Positions 1 to 9,631 of a stretch of DNA of 64,000 nt are shown piece after piece. Numbering within the stretch: the stretch's first letter is position 1; every line of letters begins with the position of its first letter. Position numbers and translations under genes: made by a program. The notes under the pieces were generated by a model. That model searched no databases. It saw nothing but the letters and a program-made list of their open reading frames with translations, and was not told where the DNA came from. The stretch comes from Amoebophrya sp. A120 (Eukaryota > Protista > Dinoflagellata), in the NCBI GenBank assembly GCA_905178155.1, contig CAJINV010000005.1, positions 3,403,716-3,467,715 of the forward strand, in the 5' to 3' direction.

Positions 1-2670
1 TGGCTCGCCGGGGTCGGGCGAGTCCTCCACCTGTCGACCACGATCTATATCTGCTACATCTTCTGGCAAAGCCTCTTCGGCGACGGTGCCTGGCGCCGCA
101 GTCATTCCCCCAGTAGTTTGATCCTCCCGCGCTGCGCCGCGGCTGCTTTTCCGGTCGACCGAGCCGACGGTGAGGCCCAGGGACGAGGACTCTTTACTCG
201 GCCCGCGTTTTGGAGAGGAAGTGCCAGCTTCTAGGGTGTTTGGGAGCGAGTCAGCTGCGTCGTTGTTGCTCTCTTGCACGAGGACGATGGCACCCTGTTC
301 AGGTGGTTGAAGTGGCGCACCGCCCATGCTCACGTCGCCGAACCCTTTTTGCGGCGGCTGCGCGTGCGGGTGCGCGGCTTGTGCTGTTGCAGCTGTTTCT
401 ACAAGAACCCTTGATATTGTGTCTCCCCCAGTGCTGTATCCTGATGTCGATGTGTGTCCTCCTTGTCTGGTGCTTCCCGCATCGCCGGATAGGTGTCTTT
501 GCGGATAATATGCTGCCGCGGGGTCGTAGCTGCTGGCACTCCTGCTTGCCCCCTGGCCCGAGAGGAAGTGCTGCGGATTTTGATTCCCTGCAACCACCAG
601 AGTTGGAGTTCCCCTTCCCGCTGCTATCGCTGAAAAAGCTGCTTGATCTTCATCCCCCTGCGCACCGGCACCATTGTAGATGCCGACGTCAACATCGTTC
701 ACCTGTCGACGTGGACCACCAACGATGCTATTGCTGCTTCCACCGAATAAAGTCCCCACTGTTCTTCGTAAACCAAACTCGTCGTACACCGGACCGCTCA
801 TCCACTGTGCCGACGAATTGCTTGCCGCTGAGATCGTTCCGCCATCACCGAAGCCACCGTTCTTTTCGTATCTCCCGAGATACGCCGCCGTACTCGGCGG
901 AAAGAGCACGTTTAAATTCTTCGCGTCAAGAAGTTGTACATTCGAAGCTGCTGCAGCTGCTGCTGCTGGTGCGAGAAGAATCGGCACTGGGGCGATGCTC
1001 ACGCCCGGCGCAACTTCGTCTTCGAGAACGGGAATCAGATTTTGCCTATCGTGATTCGACAACGCGAAAGAGCGGCTGCTATTCGAAGTAGAGCTCGGGA
1101 ACACATAATTACTCCCCCCACCTGGTGACGACGCTGGACCAAGATGTGCAGAAGCTGCTCCGGGACTGAAATGTTGACCAGCGATCGGGGACGATGATGC
1201 TCCTGTAGCTACAGTTCTATTGCTACCCGTCGCGGCTTCTGGCTCATTTATGTTTATCACACTCGCGGAACTGCTGGAGCTGGTCGCTGGCGTACTTTTG
1301 TTCGCGTGACTCTCAAAATACCGTTGCGCAATCGACCCGGCTGCCGACGCACTACTGCTCGCGGGTCCGAGCCCGGCGGGCCGGCGAGAAGACGAAGCTG
1401 TTGACCCAGGAGCACCGAGGAGGTACTTGTTTCTTCCGACGGTAGCGGTACTAATCCCATAATTCCCTGTGCTTGTAATTGAAGCTGAACGTCCATTCTG
1501 GTTCATCCACGACCGGGGAGGGTAAGGCACGGAACTCAGCCCCGGGCCCGGTGCCGGAACAGTACTAGAACTGCTTGTCGTGGGAAAGGGAAAATCATTG
1601 TGGACGAAGGTATAATTCGGTTCTGTTCCTGCCAGTGCTGCATGAGCACTGTCTACTGGGATACTCCCCGTCGTTGCAGATGACGGCAAGGTGCTACTGC
1701 TGGAGGTCGTCGTACTACTATGTCCAACCGGTCGTGGATGCAAGACCGACCGCGCCCCCTGCTCTGGCGAACAGAGTCGTTTCGGCACCGGGGCGTCGTT
1801 TCGAAACAGAAAGCTGCTGAGAAAGGTGTCGGAACTGGGGTTTTGGAAGACCGTGACCTCGCTGTTCGGAAGCGAGGTGGAGCTGTTTACTAAACGTTGT
1901 GTTGTCGGGTGATGCTGAGAAAACTCGAGCTGGTTGTTGTTCTCGTTCCACTGCTGATGGTGCTGAAAAGAAAAAGCCCCTTGCTGTACGAGAGAAGGCG
2001 TCGTCTGCGGCCGGGTGGCGCCCGGGGCTGCTGCGCTCCCCCCGGTTTGACCTTGAAGTAAATCTTCATTGCTAGTACCAACATTTGAAGATGTAGCAGT
2101 TGCACCTCCTGGAGGTGGTGGTACTGAAGTAGCTACCTCCGAGACGTAATTCTCGGTGAGCTGGAAAAACTCGCGAAAACAGCGCTCGGCGTGGAAAACT
2201 TCGGCGGCCGCGAGTTTGCGCAGGTAGGTGTTCAGCACATCGACACAGAACAGTTCGTCGCGCGCCAGGTTTTCAACCGCGATGGAACTTGGGAACTCGG
2301 GGATTTGGGTGAAGGCAGGTTGATGTATATTGGCGGTGGAGGTGGACGTGAGCTGATTGTAATTTTACAAAATTATATGTTCATACTTCGTTTTCGACAC
2401 GATAAAGAACGCTATGCGAAACAACAAGTGGACAGGACGTTGACATGGCCTACTGCGTTCAGAGACGATGGCTCACAACATGAGAAATACACGACAAAAT
2501 TGCCACTTTCTATGTCATCAATTTACTTGGTCGTGCAGCACTTGCAGAGACCGGAGCCGTTTCGAGACGTGGTGCGAAAAACCGTCGTCCTGTTGCTGAA
2601 CCTGAATTTTAAGAAAAACCTCGAGCACCGGCTCCACAATCGTGTCACACTCGATGATGCGAAGCTGCAT
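1..2670 (-). CDS. PX (phox)-like domain protein with a long low-complexity tail; runs off the window start
   Basis: Minus strand reads MQLRIIECDTIVEPVLEVFLKIQV...HVSKRLRSLQVLHDQ, then a GT-AG intron at 2353-2526, then ...IPEFPSS...LNTYLRKL...CFREFFQL, which fits the PX layout. Start codon uncertain. Confidence 0.55.
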
Positions 2671-3523
2671 GTGGCCGACAAAATAAAGTGCGGAGTCGGG
2701 ATGAAATAAACCTTGTAGTACGTGGAATCAATGAAGAGCTCAATTATATATATACATCATTTTCATCTGAAGCTACTTCGTCTTCTGCTACTTTTTTCGA
2801 CGGAGAAACAGAAAGTCACTGCAACATAAAGAAATAGCTGCAGCGACTGCACCAACTCTAGCGGACGCTTCGCGGACGTGCGCGCGCGTGCGACAACTTT
2901 AGCAAAAGCCACTCAAAGTTATGCGCAGCATCAGAACTGTTCTACTCTTCTGCTCCGGCGGGTTCTTTTGGTTTTATACAAGCGTGATGAGCAGGAGCAG
3001 TTCTTTTTGCACTTCGACTTCTTGGTGTTGAAACCTTGGAAATACATACGTCACCACCCATTCTGAACGCAGCTAAGCGACCAAAACAAGGTTGTCGTGA
3101 GTAGAGCAAAGAGTGCCTTTTGGTGTTAAGCTTGCGACGCCACTCTGTGAAATCTTCAATTTTTTGTACACGACGTTCATATCTGAAGTGCTACTGTATG
3201 CGTGTTCTTCATTGGTTTCATTTTCCATCATGTACATGTGCTCAACTTGTTGCTTGGCAACTTGAACTTCGTAAAAAACACTGCACATATATGTTCCACG
3301 ATTCCATTTCTCGTGGTGGTGGCTTCAAAAAAAAGGAAAATGTAGGGCAAAACAAGACTTACAAAAACAGGTTCTTTGTCAGCGTCTCTGAGGACTCTTT
3401 GTCTGATTACTTAAATAATTTCGTCCGCGTTTATCACGGTACGAAGACAAACTTCTACAGCTTCTTTCCTCGAAAATGATTTTTCGAGAAAGCCAACGAC
3501 AACTTTCCGTCCCTCCTCCCGCG

Positions 3524-6500
3524 TCATTTTCCCTCGCAGATTTGGTACGAATACCAAATGAAATCTTCCCCATTGATGCTTTTCGTGACGTCAATTGTGC
3601 ATTGCAAAAGTATGTTCGCACAGCTACCAAGTACGAATTGCATGAATGATAATTTCATAATCTTTCCATCTCAATTCATTCACTCACTCACGCAAGCTAT
3701 TATCCTTCTTGAAGAGTTCTTTCATCGGTTTCCCATCGTTCTCTCTCGGATGTGCTTACAAGTGTATCGCTTTGCTAAGAATCTTCGCACGCATCAGCGC
3801 GCGGCGTAGGTCCCGTCACTCATCTTTTGGAACCAGATGCCGCACACTCGGTATTCTGTCCGCCCCGAATTCTCACAGAAATCTTCGGCGTCGATTTGGA
3901 ACGTCACGGGATCGGGATCGGCGTCGCTTTTTTCGGTTTGCCAGGCGCTGCCTGTGGTGTTGGGAACTCTTTCCCAGCGCCTGCCGCTGATATTCGCTAC
4001 GAATTCCGCTTGTTTTTGCTCGGCCTCCTCCTTTTGTTTCCGGATGTTTTCGTTTTGTCGCGCGGTCCTTGCCTTGCACGCCTTGGTCTTTCCCCTCCTG
4101 TCGGCCTTTTGCTGTTTCGGTAGCGGCTTCGTGGGCCTCTTTGCTACGAGGTGCGCCTTCACCACGTGGGCCGCTGGCTGTGGCTTTAAGTCCATGAACC
4201 CGTCGACCGGAAGGCCTATGGCGTCGAAGTCCTCTTTTACCATTCTGCCCCAGGGGGTGTTTTTTCGGATCTCTTGCTTCGTCAGGTGGTGGCATGCTTC
4301 GTTGGGGTTGCGAAAGGTGTGCGCCGCCCACGCTACCCGCCTCTCCCGCAAGATGGTCTCTATCGGCGGCACGCCCGTCCTGTTGCAGAGGTCGAGCCGG
4401 CTTGCGTACTCTTCTGCTCCTTCCGCTTCCTCTTGTGCGTACTGCCATGCGCGTTTTTCCCCTTCCACCGTTTTCAGGGTGCTGTGCTGGAACCACCGCA
4501 AAGCCTTGAGGTCGTGTTCCCGTGGGTGCCAGGTTTCCGCGTTGTATAAAGCGACGGAGTTGGCAAGGCTTTGGTATAGAGTCGCTTTCATCCTCCTGGA
4601 GATGTCTCGGTCTCTCCAGATGCCCTTCAGTGCCTGGACCGTGGAACGCGCCATGCCGGTGCGCCTCGCGATCTCCTTCGTTGTCGCCGCGTTGTTTTCT
4701 ACTTGCGTGCCCAGGTATTTGAACAAGCTGACGGTCTTGATTTCTTCCCCGCTGTAGGTGGTTAGGTTTGCTGGGACGAGCTGCCGCGCGCGCTCTGCTT
4801 TCTGTTTCTCCAGTATCTGTCGCCCTACCCGGAGTTGTCGCTCTTCCTCTTCTGTCTTCGCTGGTCGGCAGAAGCCCGTCGCTTTGTGGTAGGTCAGTGC
4901 TTTTTGGTCGCTCAGGATGTCGCCGCATCTGTCGCAGACAAATGCGTTCTTCTCTTGCTTCACGAACCGAATGCGGCCCATGCGTATGAGCCTTGCCGGC
5001 GTTTCGGCCCATCGCCACCGCACTGTTGCCCACCCGCTTTTCTTCAGGATGCAGCAGTTGAAGGACCCATCATCCCACGCAAGTAGGTGCGTGGGCTTCA
5101 ACCCCATGTCCATCCGTGGCGCCTTTTTCGCTCCCTGTTTCAGCTCTGGGCGCAGGTCCGCCCCACTCCACTCGACCATCCACCCGCTGCGCTCTGTGCC
5201 GCCAAGTTCCTGGAACTTGAATCGCTCTTCTCGTGCTTCTTCGTTCGTTTTTTCGGCCGGCTGCAGGTTGAACGTCATGGCCTCGGTCTTTCCATCTCAA
5301 GGGAAGATGGGATCTATGTCTGTCATGCTCATGTAGCCCGCGGAAAAACTACATCAGATCTCCTGTCACGCCCGAACGCAATTTCATGTTTGTACAAGTG
5401 CGATACAACTTTAGCGAAGGATATCACTGAGACCGTCGCAATTCGGCCCGTCCGGCGCTCCAGGGGCGTTTAGGTCCAACGGATTTTCTGTGATGTTCCC
5501 GTTGACCGCCCCCGCCGCTTTCACGTAGCACCACTTTTTCGTGCACCAGTCTGGACGGTCCTGTGGGTCCGCGCACCGGTAATTCGCACCGGCTTTGCCG
5601 TTTTTTCCGTCAGATGCCGTCTATCCTCTGCAAAGGCAATATCGTACCTCCTTGTAGTATATTGTTCATCGAATTTTTAGTGCAGTTATTTACATACATA
5701 GTATCTGCATCTTTGCGAACTTGAATCAACATAATTAATACAAATCTCACTCTTCAATTTCATCTTGCCAAAATTTCTTGTCATGCGCTCTCTACTAATA
5801 CGATACTTTTGCACTGCATACCACCGTCTCTGTGTCTTCCCAGGCCGCGCATATCCTGAGCAAAAACGCCTCCTCCCCAGAGCTGTCACGCAAATCTGCA
5901 TGCCTGAAATGCTTATCATGCACAGCCACGGCACGAGAGGCATTCTTTCATTTCTAACGCAATCCGGGAGCCCCAGCCTGTAATGTTAGAATCAGGATAA
6001 GCATATCGATTTCTCATCATGCGGATGCGCTAGGTAATAAACAGCAGTACGCTATCATGCGCAACAGCCAAAAGCGGTGGAAGTGTGAAGCAACGTCCTC
6101 ATCTTGACTCGGGGGTGGGGAAGTTTTTGGACGGGATAACGCAGAACTCTCCGTAATTCGGACCGCCGCCGTACTTCAGCGTGTAGGCCTTTCCGTAGTC
6201 CGTGTCGTCTTTTTGTGGTGTGTATCGCGAGAAAAAACTGTTTCAACACTGGAAAGTTGTGATGCAGAGGACGCAACTACTACACCGAAGTGCTTGTCTT
6301 GCTGCACATGCAAGACAATGCATTTATTTCAGGCGTGTTTCCCCGAGAAACAGAAAGCTCGCGTGGCAAATTTTTTTTTGTGCTGGTGTGATGCAAAGTA
6401 GCGCGCAAGATTCTTACAGTTGTGACGCAGTTTTTTCGTGCGATAGTGTAAGCCACTCTTGGGCAGGAAACTGCAGGTCACAGGAAGCCAAGTTGTATCC

Positions 6501-9001
6501 CGTCCACGTTGTGTCAGTGCCTGTGCCACATCCGTCTCGCATCAAATAGCACTTGCGTTTGCCGCTAGCGTCTGCATTGTTTTCCAAGAAGAAGGATTTG
6601 CATTCGTCCGTTTTCGAGCACAAGTACCGGCATTCGCTCAGCGTGTAGGCACGGTTATTGTAGGTGCTGATCACGATGGGATTCGTACCTCCCAGAAGCG
6701 ACGTGAAAGCGCCACCAGGCTGGCACTGACCGCCGTATCCGACTATCAAGTGCAAATATCAGGTCTGGGTGGTGTGGAAAATTGCAAAACCTGAGCAGGT
6801 GCTTCTTGTTTAACACGGCTATAGCGCGTCTGGTGTATCATGTTGCGGAAGAACAGTGAATGCCTACTGAATTAAGTGGAGTACGTATCTCATGCGCAAT
6901 ACGCAACACAGCCCTGGTTCCCCAAAAGATTTTCATGCTTGGAGGCCTATTGTTTCTTTGTCACCCGCGAGTCAGCATGGCAACTTTCCAGGCCATAGAT
7001 ACAGACATATTTGCAAAAAGGCATATCGACGGCGCAGTTACTGTCGTCGACCTGCGGCACATCTGTTGCCTCTATACAACTTGCCGTGTTTTGCTCCAAG
7101 CTATACATCATCTGCGTCGATTGGAGGTATCCAGGCGACTCGAGCGGACACAAATTGGACGGAAAATGGTGGACATTCCGAAACAAAAGCAGCGGACTTC
7201 GTCCGTCATTCATCCATGAGAAAGATGCTGAATTCTGATGGAGCTGGGATTCTCATACAGCCATGTCTTGTGGTGCTTTGTGCTCCTGCTGCGCCTGCAC
7301 ACAAAACCGTAATCGAAAGAGCACCGAGCACGGCCCCACCACAGGCAAATAGAGTGGCAGATTTGGCCGCAACTGGGTGTTGCGGAAACCATGGCCGGGC
7401 CGCGCCAGGAAAAGCCAACAGCGGCGCGAAGACTTTGGCGCGCCAGGGCAGCGGGCTGGCACGCGCGCGCCGCCCCCGTGTCGTGCGGCGGGCGGCGAGC
7501 AAAAAAATTGTGTCCGACCTTTGGCGCGCATTGTGTCCGGTTTTTGGCGAATTGTGTCCCAAGGCAAGTGTGTCCGAGCAAAAAGCACACTGAAAATATG
7601 CACGGCATCTTTTACCTGGCGTGCGGCCGGGGCGCCGCCCACTGGGGTGGTCCGGCTGGAAAGGTTGCTGCTGGCAGTCGGAGACGCCACAGGCGCCGCC
7701 ACTTCCGTGGGCTTTCTCACACAAATGAAAGAATGGGAGGCGCTTCGCAGATTGGCACCACACCCAGGCGGCAGGGCGCGGACTGCCGCGTGGCATGTCC
7801 TCCCTTCAGGTGAATTGCTTTCTTTCCGTCGGTTCTCAGCCATCGGCCCCACTGCTTCTCTTCGCCCTCTACTATTCACAGAAGCTGAAAGCGCAACTAA
7901 CGCAGTCCTATGGCAGCTCGAGTGCTTCTGCATTGTGGCAATGCGATGAGGAAGCTGACAAAAAAAAAACATTCTCAGCGCTCAGGCGAAGGTGCTAGAG
8001 ATTCGGAAAAAGATGAATTTTGATTGTAATTGTGCACGTTTTTCTGCCCCGTTTTGTGTCCGCTATACGGCCTGGCGCCATCCATACGATTTCAACATTC
8101 CCATTCGTGTCGTCCAAGTACACCCGATTCGGACAGACGGCAGTGTAAAATTGGCACGTCCCACTTCTGTATGGATTGCAAATACAATGTCAGGTGTCTG
8201 ATACGGGCAGGATGCAACTTGACGTCATCCTAAGTCTGCTGACGTAGACAAAAATCCGCCGGCCTTGCTCAGTCGAAAGACACTCTGGGGTTCTTGCCTC
8301 TCACAGCTGTGGCATCTCTCATGCAGGCTACACATTGAGAGGCCTCCACGGGCACGGATCTTGTCATGACATGCTCATACTCTGAGCATGAATTCCACAA
8401 CTTCTTTCTTGCAGGTCGAAAAATTATACAAATTTCTGCATTAGCATTCTTCCTGACCCAGACATAATCGAACTCTATTTGCACTTGATACTGTGTCGGA
8501 CTGGTAGGCTTTGCACATGCCGTTAGATTCCGTACGGCACTGCAGGTCACAGCGCCGCCAGAAGAAATTTTTAGAGGCGTCGAAATAATATTCCAATTGT
8601 GGGTTGACGTTGACCTTGAAGACTTCGTCTCCTGTCAGTCCACCAGACCCATTATACTGAGAATTGCACTTGCCGCTGAACTCCTTCGCGCAGATGGGGT
8701 CTGTGAAAGTACTAGTACCGCCGGCAGCCGACAGCGACAGATCGGTCCAGGTAGGTAGGATCGGAGCAGCGTCATCCATCGAATTAACACATGTGCACGT
8801 GTCCGCCTTCTTGCTGGCTTTGGTCTGGAGGTGATTTCGATTTGTGAATGCAGCTCCTCCATCTGTGTGGGCCTGGGTCTTTTGCTGCGCTGCACCTCGT
8901 CGCAGCACCTTCACGGCTTGCACCGCCGGGCACCTAGACACGACCTGGAGGGCCGCAAGAAGACGACCGGCAAAGGAGTAACGACGCACCTGCGCGCCCA
9001 T
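3524..9001 (-). CDS. Secreted Cys-rich protein with PAN/apple-like modules and a C-terminal WCYV Cys domain; multi-exon
   Basis: Signal-like N-terminus. Modules CDLQC...CKAYQ...CQFY and CRYLC...CKSFF...CYLM. Spliced C-terminus reads YGEFC(V/A)AWED...C...PDWCTKKWCYV...C...D..KS...WYSYQICEGK*. Six introner junctions give in-frame joins; the junction across about 7250-8070 is unresolved. Confidence 0.7.
3675..5286 (-). mobile_element. 5'-truncated non-LTR retrotransposon (RTE-like LINE) nested in an intron
   Basis: Flanked by a 14-bp direct repeat TCTTTCCATCTCAA (3661-3674 and 5287-5300). The 3' tail is a short tandem GAGTGAGTGAATGAA. The ORF carries RT C-terminal motifs. Confidence 0.85.
3794..5278 (-). 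CDS. C-terminal part of a LINE reverse-transcriptase ORF with a zinc finger
   Basis: (K)TEAM motif at the 5' edge; FKYLG...EIARRTGMA...LKGIWRDRDIS..MKATLY...LYNAETW is typical of the RTE-clade thumb region; C-x2-C-x12-H-x5-C. No YADD core, because it is truncated. Confidence 0.8.
   Translation of the reverse strand: MTFNLQPAEKTNEEAREERFKFQELGGTERSGWMVEWSGADLRPELKQGAKKAPRMDMGLKPTHLLAWDDGSFNCCILKKSGWATVRWRWAETPARLIRMGRIRFVKQEKNAFVCDRCGDILSDQKALTYHKATGFCRPAKTEEEERQLRVGRQILEKQKAERARQLVPANLTTYSGEEIKTVSLFKYLGTQVENNAATTKEIARRTGMARSTVQALKGIWRDRDISRRMKATLYQSLANSVALYNAETWHPREHDLKALRWFQHSTLKTVEGEKRAWQYAQEEAEGAEEYASRLDLCNRTGVPPIETILRERRVAWAAHTFRNPNEACHHLTKQEIRKNTPWGRMVKEDFDAIGLPVDGFMDLKPQPAAHVVKAHLVAKRPTKPLPKQQKADRRGKTKACKARTARQNENIRKQKEEAEQKQAEFVANISGRRWERVPNTTGSAWQTEKSDADPDPVTFQIDAEDFCENSGRTEYRVCGIWFQKMSDGTYAAR
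5622..5820. mobile_element. Introner family B
   Basis: TATCCTCTGCAAAGG...GATACTTTTGCACTGCATA; flanks CCGTC/CCACC; in-frame join ETVASDGK. Confidence 0.75.
5852..6138. mobile_element. Introner family C
   Basis: TATCCTGAGCAAAAACGCCTCCTCCCC...GGGGTGGGGAAGTTTTTGGACGGGATA; flanks GCGCA/ACGCA; join YGEFC(V/A)AWED. Confidence 0.75.
6223..6445. mobile_element. Introner, family D-like
   Basis: TATCGCGAGAAAAAACTG...CAGTTTTTTCGTGCGATA; flanks GTGTG/GTGTA; join EWLTPQKDD. Confidence 0.75.
6744..7025. mobile_element. Introner family A (degenerate)
   Basis: TATCAAGTGCAAATATCAGGTCTGGG...CAGACATATTTGCAAAAAGGCATA; flanks CCGAC/TCGAC; join NCAV(E/G)YGGQC. Confidence 0.75.
7300..8000. other. GC-rich non-coding island inside the secreted-protein gene
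   Basis: Abrupt rise in GC, TGTGTCC repeated four times at about 7508-7577, no recognisable protein. Boundaries approximate. Confidence 0.4.
8170..8490. mobile_element. Introner family A (degenerate)
   Basis: TATGGATTGCAAATAC...CCTGACCCAGACATA...TTTGCACTTGATA. The direct repeat has decayed, but removal plus 5 nt gives CKAYQSDTGGTCQFY. Confidence 0.65.
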
Positions 9002-9631
9002 GATCCTTTTTTCACCCCACTACAATCAACATCGCGGACATTTTGAGGTTTATTCCAGCCTCGTGCATCTGAGTTGCAGCAGAGCCAAGAGGAGGATAGC
9101 AGAAGGGCAACAATGCATAACAACTTCTGGACTCCAAGCAGCTCGGGAAAGATCTGCAAGTCCGATAGAGGCAACAGATTTCTAAAATTCTTTATCGTCC
9201 GACGCCTCCGCGTCACACTCTCAATTTTCTCATAGTTGTGGCACTCGTGGTCAGCAGTTCATTTCTTCCAAACATTTGACTCTGCTCAGAATTGATGAAT
9301 GGTCACTCGCAACACAAGTGCGCTCATTTTCTTTTGCTGACAGACAAGATCTTTAAGAAACATCACGAAAGCCAGACCTACACCTACTGGGAGGTGGGTG
9401 TGGGAGTGAGTGTGGAACTACCTCCCCCTACATTCAATAATTTAAATTTTAGTCGCACAAAAGTTCTCGTTGCAATCCTGCGAAAGGGATCATGAACGTG
9501 ATATTATCATGGAAATAACTGCAATGGCGAAGAGGATTCCGACTCGAGGCCCGGAGCACTAAAACATTACGAGCAAGTTGTTCTTCAATATCTTTGATCT
9601 TTCTGCTTGTGGGCCAGGGCCACGTGACTGA

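Larger units (their letters stand above)
3596..5423. mobile_element. Introner family B (degenerate), host of the LINE
   Basis: Ends TGTGCATTGCAAAAGTAT...GCGATACAACTTTAGCGAAGGATA; flanks TCAAT/TCACT. Removal plus 5 nt gives CDGLSDVTKSINGEDFIWYSYQIC. About 202 bp without the LINE. Confidence 0.75.

Noticed and set aside
3794-5278. The RT ORF as the enzyme that mobilises the introners
   Set aside because: It has its own 14-bp TSD and tandem tail, lacks the catalytic core and inserted later than the host introner; TIRs plus 5-bp TSDs point to a DNA transposase instead.
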